From: an uncultured bacterium
Lineage (GTDB): Bacteria; Eisenbacteria; RBG-16-71-46; CAZHEV01
Direction of reading: 5' to 3'
DNA length: 64,000 nucleotides
Assembly (NCBI GenBank): GCA_964531335.1
Contig: CAZHEV010000004.1
Location: 26,958 to 90,957 of the forward strand
Shown here: positions 8,384 through 17,853 of the stretch, in pieces
Numbering within the stretch: position 1 is the first letter of the stretch
Layout: each line of letters begins with the position of its first letter
The notes under the pieces: generated by a model
The model's database searches: none
What the model was told of the DNA's origin: nothing
The model's input: the letters and a program-made list of their open reading frames with translations, nothing else
Translations under genes and position numbers: made by a program

Positions 8384-10609
8384 CTATTGTCCCTCGGACC
8401 GCTGCCTCTCTGTTCTCCGGAGGTTGGATTTGGCCTTTAGGTTGCTGGGATCCACGGAGAGGATCTTCTTCCACAGCGCCACGGCCTCGTCGACGCGGCC
8501 GGTCTCCTTGTAGGCCGCGGCCAGGTTGTTCATCACTATAACGTTCTTGGGGTTGGCCTCCAGGCACTTCTCGTATCCGTCGATGGCGCTCTCGAAATCG
8601 CCGTTGGCCAGATGCCAGGTCGCGCCGGCGAAGGTGACGTTTATATCGTCGGGCGCGGCCTCCTCCGCCTGGTCGAGAAGGGCCCTCGATGTCTCCATGT
8701 CCCCTTGGCGCAGGAGCTCGATGGCCCTGCGTATCTTGTCCTTCGTGGTGGCGGGGTCTCCCTCCTCCTCGCCCACCTTGAGCATGACGCCCCTGTCCTT
8801 CAGCTCCAGGAGCCCGTCTATGGCCGCTATGTTCTCGGGGTCCATGCGCAGCGCCTCCTTGAAGTACATCTCAGCCTGCTCGTAGAGGCCCATGTCCACG
8901 CAGTTTCTGCCCAGCGAGATCAACAGGCCGAGATCGTGCGGAGCCTTGGCCCGCGCCGCCTGCAGAGAGTACAGCGCCTGCTCGTAGAGTCCGTTTCTGC
9001 GGTACAGGTTCGCGAGGCCGACGTGCGGCCTGGGCGAGAGGGTGTCCAGGGCGGCGGCGACCAGGAAGTGCTTCTCCGCCTCGTCGGCGACGCCGTCCGA
9101 TGCCAGCATGGCGGCTATGGAGAGGCGGCCGGCGGCGTCCTTGGGATCCAGCTTCACCGCGCGGTCGTACTCGCTGAGGGCGATCGAGCCCTTTCCCTGG
9201 GCCTCGTATACCACCCCCATGAGCCTGTGATCCTTGGCGGGCGACGGCGAGAGCCCGGAGAGCCACGGGGCGAGAAGGCCAACCACCAAGGCCGCCACGG
9301 CCAGCGAGACGATCGAGAAGGTCACCGCCCGGGTCCGGCGGTCACGCAGGGCACGGGCCAGCTCTGTCAAGAAGGCTCCGGATACCACGGCGAGCGACGG
9401 CAGGGCCGGCAGCCGGACGCTCGATTCGGCGGTGTAGGCCACGGCCAGGACCAGAGCGCCGATCAGTGGGAAAAAGGCGGCCGGCGCATACGGCTTTCTC
9501 CTCAGAGTGAAGACCCCTGCGAGGGTCAGCGCCCCCAGCGCGGCGAAAGCGTGCATGAGCGGGCCGGACCAGGGCGCCCAGTTCGCGGACACGAAGGAGG
9601 GGCTCGGGCCGAGAGCTATCTCTCTCCCGCTCCAGAAGTGTCCGAGCTTTCTTACCACCAGCTTCAAGTAGGACAGGGGATGTCGGGCCATGTACTGAAG
9701 GCCCTTAGAAAACCAGTGCCGTGAGACTGCTCCCGGCCCCATCTCCCGCCCCGTCTCCGTCTCGGCCTCGGTCGCGGCGTAGCGCTCGCCGAACCACCAT
9801 GAGTCCTCGCCGGCGACGGACGGAGGAAGGCCCGTCGCATCGGGGTTGTTCGCGACATAGAACTCGGTGCCGCAATCGGCGGCGACCCCGACGCCCGGAG
9901 CGCCGGCCATAACGTTATGCGCGATGAAAGGGGCCAGGACTATGGCCGCGCCGACGATCACCAGGGGCAGAGCGGCTATGGATCCGCCTGAGGCGCCGGG
10001 CTTGTGCTTGGACAGGTAGAGAACCAGCGCGGGCACGAAAAGCACCAACGCCCCTGTCTCCATCGCGGCCATCGCGCCCAGAAAGAGCCCCGCGAGGAGC
10101 CACAGGGGCGCGGAGCGTCGCCTCCAGGCGAGCACCGCGACCAGCCAGTAGCAAGTGAAGAGCAGGGTCATGAAAACGGCCGGCAAAAGCCGAGACTCGT
10201 AGTAGAACGAAGGGCCGTACAGGGCCGCCAGAAGGCCCGCCAGAAGTCCGCCGGCGGTTCCCAGGAGCATGCGCCCGCCGAGAAAGCACAGACAGGCGAC
10301 CAGCACGCCCGCGATAGCCTGAGCGCGCCTGACCAGCGGGATCTCCTCGCCCGTCTCCGCGGCGACGGAGATTGCCAGCGGGTAGAGCGGCGGCGTGGGG
10401 TAAGGCTCGTCATCGGGCACGCCGCTTGCCGCCATCGCCCTTCCCATGTTCAGATTCATCGCCGAACGCCCCAGCGGGGTGTCCGCGAACGGGCTGTCCT
10501 CGAAACCCGCGAGGTACCCGAATCTCACTCCGGCGGCCAAGGCCGCCACCAGCAGGAGGGCGGCGGCGGTCCCCGCCCATCTCCTCTTCATCACTCCGTC
10601 AGATGCCAC
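8384..10609 (-). CDS. GT-C fold glycosyltransferase (ArnT/PMT, GT39/83-like) with C-terminal TPR repeats
   Basis: PPLYP motif, multiple TMs, F.V.NNP.A.G loop, many TPR helices. Confidence 0.8.
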   Translation of the reverse strand: MASDGVMKRRWAGTAAALLLVAALAAGVRFGYLAGFEDSPFADTPLGRSAMNLNMGRAMAASGVPDDEPYPTPPLYPLAISVAAETGEEIPLVRRAQAIAGVLVACLCFLGGRMLLGTAGGLLAGLLAALYGPSFYYESRLLPAVFMTLLFTCYWLVAVLAWRRRSAPLWLLAGLFLGAMAAMETGALVLFVPALVLYLSKHKPGASGGSIAALPLVIVGAAIVLAPFIAHNVMAGAPGVGVAADCGTEFYVANNPDATGLPPSVAGEDSWWFGERYAATEAETETGREMGPGAVSRHWFSKGLQYMARHPLSYLKLVVRKLGHFWSGREIALGPSPSFVSANWAPWSGPLMHAFAALGALTLAGVFTLRRKPYAPAAFFPLIGALVLAVAYTAESSVRLPALPSLAVVSGAFLTELARALRDRRTRAVTFSIVSLAVAALVVGLLAPWLSGLSPSPAKDHRLMGVVYEAQGKGSIALSEYDRAVKLDPKDAAGRLSIAAMLASDGVADEAEKHFLVAAALDTLSPRPHVGLANLYRRNGLYEQALYSLQAARAKAPHDLGLLISLGRNCVDMGLYEQAEMYFKEALRMDPENIAAIDGLLELKDRGVMLKVGEEEGDPATTKDKIRRAIELLRQGDMETSRALLDQAEEAAPDDINVTFAGATWHLANGDFESAIDGYEKCLEANPKNVIVMNNLAAAYKETGRVDEAVALWKKILSVDPSNLKAKSNLRRTERQRSEGQ

Positions 10610-13600
10610 GCAGCGCCTCCATGGCCAAGGTCTTTATCTCTCCCTCTCCGGCCAGATCGGCGGACCTGCGCAACATGGCCCGGGCGAGATCAAGCCGGTT
10701 CTGCTTGGCGTACGCGAGTCCCAGGTGATAGAGACACTCCGGGCTCTCGCCCCATTGCTCGATGCAGCTCTCGAGCACGTCCACCGCCGCCTCGTAGTCG
10801 GCCGTCCTGTACAACACCCAGCCCAGGGTGTCCAGGTTGTCCGGGTTCGGGTCCAGCGCGCTCGCCCTTGTCGCGAGGTCGAGGGCCCGGTCCAGGTTCT
10901 TGTTCTGCTCGGCGTATAGCCAAGCAAGGCCGTTCATGGCGTCGGAGTCATAGGGGTCGAGCTCCAGTGCTCTCTCGTAGGCGGCGGCCGAGCTGTCCAT
11001 GTAGCCCTCTGTGAAGTAGTAGCCGGCGATATTGTAGCCGGCCTCCGATACCACGTCCTTGTAAGACCTCCAGAGCTTCACCGCGCGCTCGACGTCGCCC
11101 TGAATGTAATAGCACATCCCCAGGTTGCTTGCGGCTCTTGGCGAGTGCAGCGGGTGGTGCAGCCGGCGCACCTCGTCGTACACGACGGCCGCCCGGTCGA
11201 TTTCACCTCCTTGTACCAGGTTCGTGGCGTACTCGAGAGAGAACCTGGAGAGGTTCTCTATGCCCAGGGCGTCCTCGGGGTTTCTCTCCAGGGCCTCGCG
11301 CAGGAGGTCCAGGGCGTCGAACGGCCTGCCCGAGGCGGCCGCCCCCACGGCCTCGAAGACGATGCCCCGCGCCGCGTAGGCGGCCTCCAGGCCTTCTTCT
11401 ATCTCCCGCGGCGGGGACCCGGCGACGTAATCCGCCGGCGGTCTTCGGTGCGCCGCCAGCTCCTTTATCCTCGTGTGGTGGGTCATGGTTCCTATGGTCT
11501 GGGGCATGGTGAACTCGAGGCTCGGATTGTCGTCGGTGACCAGCGGATCGAAGTCCCCAAGATACGGCTCAAGAGACTCGGTGTCCATCAGGAAACAGGA
11601 GAAAAGCCCCTGGAATGTCTGAAGGCCGACGGATGTGAGATCCTGGAACACTCCGGGCCTGTTCATCGCGCCCCGGACGTAATCGTAGTCGCGGGGAAGC
11701 GGGGTTTCGGAACCGAGCAGCACTATGTCCCCCTCCGAAGCCTGCCAGACGGTCACGTGGGGGAACACCTCGTGGAACGTGTTGAGCACGAGCATGAAGT
11801 CGCGCTTGGTCATGGAGTATATCTGCACCCATTGGCCCATCACGCCGCCGGGGTCGAGGCGGTCCCGCGCCAGCGTGAAGAACTCCTTGGTGAAGAGGTT
11901 CACGCAGCCGGCGACCCAGGGGTTCGAGCCCTGCGACACTATCACGTCATAGGTCTCATCGGTGAGGAGCATGTGGTTGCGGCCGTCCCCCTCTATCAGC
12001 TCGAAGCGGGGGTCGTTGAGGCAATCGTAGTTCTCGCGCGAGAAGAAAGCGGCAGCCCTGTCCATTCCCCGTATTATCTCCACGCACTCGAGCTCTTCCA
12101 GCGGATGGCGCAGCATCGAGCCGGCGGTCACCCCGCTGGCAAGCCCTATGAGAAGGCCTTCGCGCGGCTCCGGATGGAACAGGAGCGGCAGCGTGCCCAC
12201 CATCCTCTGGGTCAGCATGTCGGAGCCGGTCGACGCCTCGGTCTTTCCGTTTATCCGCATGTACATGGTCGAGCCCTCCTGCCACACGGAGACGGTCGCG
12301 TCCTTGTCCTCCTGGAAGTACAGCAGCCGCGCGTTCTCGAGCATCTTCTCGAGATCGGAGACGGTCTCGTACTCGCTGCCGTACAGGTAGACTCCGCTGC
12401 TCATCATCTTCTTGTCCCAGAGGCCCATTCCGGGGATCGAAGCCGCCAGTATCAAGGAGCCCGCGCACGCGGCCGCGAGCGGCGCCCTGGCTCGGGCCGG
12501 TCCCTTGATCGGGAGCAGGAGAAGGAGCGCGGCGGCCACGTTCAGGGTCACCGCCAGCAGGATGGTGTTCTCCTGTCCTATCATCGGGATCGCGACGAAC
12601 CCCGCCGTGAACGAGCCCAGGATGGCGCCGACCGTGTTGAAGGCGTACATTTTGCCGATGTTCGCGCCGATTCCCTTCGCGCTGCCCGCGTACAGCTTCG
12701 CCACGACCGGGAACGTCGCGCCCATGAGCAGCGTGGGGGGCAGCATGGCGAGCATGCACAGCAGGAACCGCATCCCGACCTTGCCCCACCAGCCCGCGCC
12801 CATGGATCCCTGCAGCTCGATGAACAGCCCGGGCATCGCCCCCAGCACGGGGATGGTGGCAAGCGCCAGCAGCGCTATGGCGAGCTGCAGCGCCGCGAGG
12901 GGCCTCACGGTCCTGACTCTGTCCGCGAGGGAAGAGAACAGCAGGCTTCCGAAGGCCAGCCCGAGCAGAAAGGTGGTGAGCATGGTGGTGAACGCGTAGG
13001 TGGTCGTCCCTATTATCGAGACCAGGACCCTCGTCCACACCACCTCGTACGCTAGGGCGGTGAGGCCGGACAGGGCGTACACGAAAAGGACGAGCCCCCT
13101 CGCCGTCGGGTCCTGGACCGCCGGGGGCGGCGCGCTCGGCGCCCGCGGCTCGGGCGGCTTAGTCGTGTCGACGAACGGAATCCTAGTCGCCATATACACG
13201 GCGAGCAGGGTGACGAACAAGTTGACGGCCACCGCCAGGTAGGTGGTCCCTCTCAGCCCCAGGGCGGGTATCAGTATGAATCCCGCCGTGAAGGTGCCCG
13301 CGACCGCGCCGAAGGTGTTTGCGAAATACAGCAAGGCCGAGGTGCGCCCCACCAGGGCGCCCGTGGCTGTGAGCAGGCGCATCAGCACGGGCAGCGTCCC
13401 GCCCATCAGGGTGGTCGGCACAAGGATGACCAGAAACGTCAGGGCGAATCTGAGAAGGCTGAGCGTGTAGAAGCTGGGGTCGAGATCGCTATACAATATA
13501 CTGTATGCCGAGTTGAGGAGCTCGAGGAGCGTAGGGACCAGGAGGGCCCACACCGCTATGCCGGCCTCCAGGAGACCGTAGACGAGCAGGGGGTGGCCGC

Positions 13601-13814
13601 GCTTGTCTATCAACTTTCCGAAAAGGTAGCTGCCGAGGGCCAGGCCGCCCATGAAGGCGGCCAGCACCGTGGAGATGGCGAACGAGGTCCCTCCGAAGAC
13701 GAGCGTGAGCATGCGCCCCCACACGACCTCGTAGACCAGGGCGCTGGCCCCGGAGAACACGAAAAGAAGCAGGACTGCGGGCCTGCTGATCCCTTGTCTC
13801 TTTTGGTTGTCCAT
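10599..13814 (-). CDS. Fused membrane (MFS-like) / spermidine-synthase-like SAM-binding domain / TPR protein
   Basis: FVFSGASALVYEVVW duplicated TM halves, PTTLMGGTLP, IGLASGVT, EGDGRNH, YDVIVSQGSNPW, DDNPSLEF, TPRs. Confidence 0.88.
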   Translation of the reverse strand: MDNQKRQGISRPAVLLLFVFSGASALVYEVVWGRMLTLVFGGTSFAISTVLAAFMGGLALGSYLFGKLIDKRGHPLLVYGLLEAGIAVWALLVPTLLELLNSAYSILYSDLDPSFYTLSLLRFALTFLVILVPTTLMGGTLPVLMRLLTATGALVGRTSALLYFANTFGAVAGTFTAGFILIPALGLRGTTYLAVAVNLFVTLLAVYMATRIPFVDTTKPPEPRAPSAPPPAVQDPTARGLVLFVYALSGLTALAYEVVWTRVLVSIIGTTTYAFTTMLTTFLLGLAFGSLLFSSLADRVRTVRPLAALQLAIALLALATIPVLGAMPGLFIELQGSMGAGWWGKVGMRFLLCMLAMLPPTLLMGATFPVVAKLYAGSAKGIGANIGKMYAFNTVGAILGSFTAGFVAIPMIGQENTILLAVTLNVAAALLLLLPIKGPARARAPLAAACAGSLILAASIPGMGLWDKKMMSSGVYLYGSEYETVSDLEKMLENARLLYFQEDKDATVSVWQEGSTMYMRINGKTEASTGSDMLTQRMVGTLPLLFHPEPREGLLIGLASGVTAGSMLRHPLEELECVEIIRGMDRAAAFFSRENYDCLNDPRFELIEGDGRNHMLLTDETYDVIVSQGSNPWVAGCVNLFTKEFFTLARDRLDPGGVMGQWVQIYSMTKRDFMLVLNTFHEVFPHVTVWQASEGDIVLLGSETPLPRDYDYVRGAMNRPGVFQDLTSVGLQTFQGLFSCFLMDTESLEPYLGDFDPLVTDDNPSLEFTMPQTIGTMTHHTRIKELAAHRRPPADYVAGSPPREIEEGLEAAYAARGIVFEAVGAAASGRPFDALDLLREALERNPEDALGIENLSRFSLEYATNLVQGGEIDRAAVVYDEVRRLHHPLHSPRAASNLGMCYYIQGDVERAVKLWRSYKDVVSEAGYNIAGYYFTEGYMDSSAAAYERALELDPYDSDAMNGLAWLYAEQNKNLDRALDLATRASALDPNPDNLDTLGWVLYRTADYEAAVDVLESCIEQWGESPECLYHLGLAYAKQNRLDLARAMLRRSADLAGEGEIKTLAMEALRGI

Positions 13815-13908
13815 AAGTGGTTACCCCCACTAACACTAACAGGGGCGGCCGCACGCGGTCAACCGGCATGGCCGCCTTCCGGGCCCGGGCCGCCCCCGCC
13901 CGCGACCA

Positions 13909-13996
13909 CGACCCTCCTCCGGCGCGGTCTGGACGCCCCCGCGGCCCGGGCCGCCCGCGACCCTCCTCCGGCGCGGTCTGGACGCCCCCGCGGCCC
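13909..13996. repeat. 39-bp perfect direct repeat x2 (49-bp period) in a divergent intergenic region
   Basis: CGACCCTCCTCCGGCGCGGTCTGGACGCCCCCGCGGCCC at 13909-13947 and 13958-13996. Confidence 0.9.
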
Positions 13997-14226
13997 CTGC
14001 CCGCTTCGGCGAGCTAACCGGCTTCGCCGGTGGATCTCGCCTCGCTCCTGCAGAAGGGCCGCTGACGGGCGTCCAACGACGCCGTCGAGGATCGAGGGTG
14101 GTCGCGGGCGGGGGCTCCGCCCGCGCTTGTGGTTGAACAAGGGGCCGTTGTGTTGGTAATGTAGAAGGGCGTGTTTGAGGCATATTGACGGAACCGGCGC
14201 CGGGTTCCAAGGAGGAGATAACAATC

Positions 14227-15975
14227 ATGAAGCTTCATCAACCACTATTAGTTCTCTTGTTGATCGCCTGCGCGTTCGCCGGCCTCCAGGGCTGCTCCCA
14301 GAAGAAGGAGGCCGGGGACGGATCGGCCGTCGTCGCGGAGGTGGGGTCGAGGACCATCACCCTCGACCAGCTCGAGGAGAAGTACAGGACCGTGCCCGAG
14401 ATGTTCAAGCCCCGGGAGGAGGGGCTCGAGGGGCTGAGGAAGTTCCTCGACACGATGATCCAGAAGGAGCTCGTAGCCCAGGCGGCCGAGGACTCCATAG
14501 GCGGGCTGGACGAGAGGCAGAGGATGAGGCTCGATAGGCGTACCGACAACATCGTCTACGAGGTCGTCCAGGCCGAGGAGGTGCGCCCCGACCTGGAGGT
14601 CGGCGACGCCGAGATAGAGGAGCTCTACGAGAGGAGAAAGATCGGTTACAGGCCCCGCCACATTCTGGTGAAGAGCCTGGGGGAAGCCAACGAGGTCATG
14701 AGATTGTTGAGCGAGGGCGCGGTCTTCGAAGCGCTGGCGATGCAGATGTCGATAGACAGAAACACTTATCGCGAGGGCGGGGACATGGGTTTGATCCTGC
14801 CCGGCGATGTGCCTCCGGAGCTCGATGAAGCGCTCAGCGACATGAAGGTGGGCGAGACGGTGGGTCCGATAAAGACCGACTACGGATACCATATCCTGAG
14901 ACTGGAGGACCAGAGGGAGGTGCAGGCGCCCCCCTTGGACGACGACCTAAGGGAGAGGCTCAAGCTGATGATCCTCTCCAGGCGGAGCCTCGAGTCGAAG
15001 AAGGAGTTCCTCGACAAGGTCAAGGAGGAGATCGGCGTAAAGTATCATACCCAGGCGGTGAGGATGATAGACAGGCGCTTCACGGAGCTCTGGGACAACA
15101 AGCAGTTCCTGGAGGACCCGGCTTCGATCGGAAGCCCCGGCGAGAGCGCCGCGGACTGGTTCCCGGAGTTCGCGGAGGAGGACGGGGACCTGCCGCTCAT
15201 GACGATCGCTGACTCGACGATCACCTTGGGCGCCTGGATAGACAAGATGCGCTACGCGCCCGCGATAGTCTGGCCCAAGGGCGGCGGCGACGAGTGGATA
15301 AGGCAGCACCTCGACGACACCTATTACAAGGACATACTGATCGCCTACGGCGAGAAGAAGGGGATGCGGGACGATCCCGAGGTTCTCAAGAAGCGCGACC
15401 TGTCCAGGGAGGAGATCCTGGTGAACACATTCTACCGCACCAGGATCGACACCGTCCACGCTCCCACCGAGGCGGAGGCCCTGAGGTACTACGAGGAGAA
15501 CGTCGCCCACTACAGTCTTCCCGACGACCTGGTCCAGGCGTCGCTTCTGATCTTCAACGAAGAGGAGGCCGCGAAGGAGGCGCTGGAGCGCTGGGGAAGC
15601 GGCGAGGACATAAACATGGTGTACAAGGATTACAAGGAGGCCGGGACGCTGAAGGAGTGGCAGCCAAACGAGAAGCTGATCAAGAGCACCGCGGAGCCGG
15701 AGCTTTTCAACTTGTGCTGGGAGCTCGAGGCCGGCGAGTACTTCGGCCCGGTCGCCATCTTCGGCGACCACATAATCGGCCAGGTGGAGGGAAAGAGCGA
15801 GGCGGGCCCCATACCCTGGTTGTACGCGCGGCAGAGGGTCCACGACGACCTGAAGACGCATCTGACCGAGAAGCGCCTGCAAGAGGTGATGGACGAGCTG
15901 AGGGAGAAGTACAAGGTCACCGTGCACGAGGACGTCCTGGCGAGATCGGAGCTTGTGAAGGAACAGGCGAGCTGA
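14227..15975 (+). CDS. Parvulin-type peptidyl-prolyl isomerase / SurA-PrsA-like chaperone lipoprotein
   Basis: SD AGGAGG; lipobox LQGC; RHILV...FEALA...GGDMG...TDYGYHIL rotamase domain plus a second degenerate domain. Confidence 0.85.
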   Translation: MKLHQPLLVLLLIACAFAGLQGCSQKKEAGDGSAVVAEVGSRTITLDQLEEKYRTVPEMFKPREEGLEGLRKFLDTMIQKELVAQAAEDSIGGLDERQRMRLDRRTDNIVYEVVQAEEVRPDLEVGDAEIEELYERRKIGYRPRHILVKSLGEANEVMRLLSEGAVFEALAMQMSIDRNTYREGGDMGLILPGDVPPELDEALSDMKVGETVGPIKTDYGYHILRLEDQREVQAPPLDDDLRERLKLMILSRRSLESKKEFLDKVKEEIGVKYHTQAVRMIDRRFTELWDNKQFLEDPASIGSPGESAADWFPEFAEEDGDLPLMTIADSTITLGAWIDKMRYAPAIVWPKGGGDEWIRQHLDDTYYKDILIAYGEKKGMRDDPEVLKKRDLSREEILVNTFYRTRIDTVHAPTEAEALRYYEENVAHYSLPDDLVQASLLIFNEEEAAKEALERWGSGEDINMVYKDYKEAGTLKEWQPNEKLIKSTAEPELFNLCWELEAGEYFGPVAIFGDHIIGQVEGKSEAGPIPWLYARQRVHDDLKTHLTEKRLQEVMDELREKYKVTVHEDVLARSELVKEQAS

Positions 15976-16012
15976 CGCCGGCGGCGTCTCCGGAGCCAAA
16001 CGACGGCCAATG

Positions 16013-16045
16013 GAAAAGGGGCCCTCTAAGAGAGGGCCCCTTTTC
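16013..16045. terminator. Bidirectional intrinsic terminator
   Basis: GAAAAGGGGCCCTCT-AAG-AGAGGGCCCCTTTTC between convergent genes. Confidence 0.9.
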
Positions 16046-16068
16046 TTACAGGTGCTTGTAAGCGAGAT

Positions 16069-16704
16069 CTAACGGTAGAGCGACTTGACTTGCGCCCAGG
16101 TCGTCTGCTGCACGGGTATCCCCTCGCAGGGGTTCACGCCGGCCGTGCCGTTGAAGCCGATGGTGGCGAACCTGTCGGCGGCGGTGAAGGTGATGCACCC
16201 GGGGGCCGGGTGCTCATCGTCGCATATCTCAGCGAAACCCACTCTCGTGTCGACCTTCGTTGAAAGGCTCGTGGTGCCGCCGTACACATATACCTCGAAG
16301 ATGCCGAAGACCACGTGGCTCGCTATCTGGGGCGTCGAGTAGGTCTGCGCGATGTCCTCGTCGCATCCCGGCCAGGTCTCGCTCGGAATCTCCAGATCCG
16401 CGCAGTTGGTCCATCCGTAGAAGAAGGGAGGGTCGCCGGCGCAGGTGATGCCGTACCTTATCGCGGTAACGGCGTCGATCTCTATGGCTATCATATAAAC
16501 ATCGTAACGTGCCGGGCCGCTGCCGCCGTCCACGACGAGATCGTTGCAGTCGGCCGGCGGAGCGAAATCGCACGTGTTCGCCTTCGTGTCGTGTGTGCCC
16601 GCGTAATGCAGGGCGAACTTGGTGTTCTCGTTCTTGGCGTCGACGCCGTCGGGCACGACGCAGAACATCAGTGTCACCGCAAAAAGTAGCGCTACTTTTC
16701 TCAT
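16069..16704 (-). CDS. Secreted Cys-rich protein, paralog 3, C-terminal TTWAQVKSLYR tag
   Basis: MRKVALL signal ending VDA; aligns end to end with paralogs 1 and 2 (KFALH.AG.HD.K.NTCDF, FFYGW..C.DLEIP, RVGFAE.CD). Confidence 0.9.
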   Translation of the reverse strand: MRKVALLFAVTLMFCVVPDGVDAKNENTKFALHYAGTHDTKANTCDFAPPADCNDLVVDGGSGPARYDVYMIAIEIDAVTAIRYGITCAGDPPFFYGWTNCADLEIPSETWPGCDEDIAQTYSTPQIASHVVFGIFEVYVYGGTTSLSTKVDTRVGFAEICDDEHPAPGCITFTAADRFATIGFNGTAGVNPCEGIPVQQTTWAQVKSLYR

Positions 16705-17019
16705 AGTGTCGGTCCCTCGCTCTTCGGCCGCGTCCGGTCGGGACGGGGCCGGCTCAGTTGGCTCCATGGTTCGGTAACGGTTTTCTTCTCAACCTCAGCT
16801 AACATCATCGCCGTGCCGGAACGTATGGCGCGCTCCGGCCGTCAAGGCAGATGGCGGGTTGTACTCTCTGAAGCACCTCCTTCCAACCTCGGCTCGGCCA
16901 CCGGCCGGCCTCCTGCGCGGGCGGGTCAACGCTCGCTGGTTGTTCGGGTAGGTCCAGGCAATCGCTTGCCGGCCCACAGCTAGCATAGGCCCACCAAGCC
17001 GTCAACAAAAAAATCCGTA

Positions 17020-17853
17020 CTACAAGCTTTTCAGCAACAGCGCTCGCCAGTGCGGGGCCAGAACGGCCTTTAGGGCCGCGTCCAAAAGGACAAGCCCGAG
17101 GCCCCACATGTAGTACCTTAAATATCGGTCATCGGGGCGGATCCTGTACCCCCATGCTCGCCTGAGCAGCACCCGGGAAAGCGGTATGGAGACCAGTATG
17201 AAGCCCGCCACCCGGAGGACGGCCCAGGGCGGCCAGCCCAGGGACGCCGCCATCCAAGGGATCTCCGCCTCCAGGGCGAGGACCGCCACGTAGTAGTTCA
17301 TGTAGTTCAGAAGGGCCGCCCCCATGTAGAGCGCGGCCAGTCCCGCGGTCGCTAGGCAGGCCGCGTTGAAGGCCGCGAAATGCAACGCGTGCTGGGGAAG
17401 GTACAGAGACGGCGACCCTTCGGGCCCCCCGCCGGTCCTGACCCAGCCCATCATCTCCGCCGCGTACTCGGGCCCCTTCCATATCACCTGGGCGGCCACC
17501 TCCGGCGCGGCCCAGGTGGCCAGTATCGCCGCAAGGCTCAAGAACACGGCCCAGCAGGCCATGAGCGCGGCCGCCTCCCCGGGCCTTCCGCCCCTCAAGC
17601 TCGAGACGAAAAACGGGTAGGCGACCAGGGCTCCGAGAAGCGGCAGGAGCCAGTCCGCGCCCACGGCGAAGCCCGCTGCCGTGGCCGCCGCCGAGCCGGC
17701 CGCCAGAAGCGCGACCCGCGCGGCCAGGGCCCGTCTGGAACCTGGCCCGGGAGCCGTCTTTGCGCGGTGCCCTGCCGGGGCGCTTCCTAGATCGCGTAGG
17801 CGAGGATCAGTCCCGCCTGCGCCGCTATCATCATGAGGTACATGTGGATCCAT
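17020..17853 (-). CDS. Polytopic membrane protein of unknown function (possibly SpoIIM-like), coupled to the UbiA gene
   Basis: About 6-7 TMs; Y.AEMMGWVRTG.GPEG.P loop, LNYMNYYV, GWPPWAVLRV; in-frame ATG 17853 has GAGGAGG upstream; start uncertain. Confidence 0.6.
   Translation of the reverse strand: MDPHVPHDDSGAGGTDPRLRDLGSAPAGHRAKTAPGPGSRRALAARVALLAAGSAAATAAGFAVGADWLLPLLGALVAYPFFVSSLRGGRPGEAAALMACWAVFLSLAAILATWAAPEVAAQVIWKGPEYAAEMMGWVRTGGGPEGSPSLYLPQHALHFAAFNAACLATAGLAALYMGAALLNYMNYYVAVLALEAEIPWMAASLGWPPWAVLRVAGFILVSIPLSRVLLRRAWGYRIRPDDRYLRYYMWGLGLVLLDAALKAVLAPHWRALLLKSL

Noticed and set aside
13909-13996. CRISPR array
   Set aside because: Only two copies with a 10-bp gap and no cas genes
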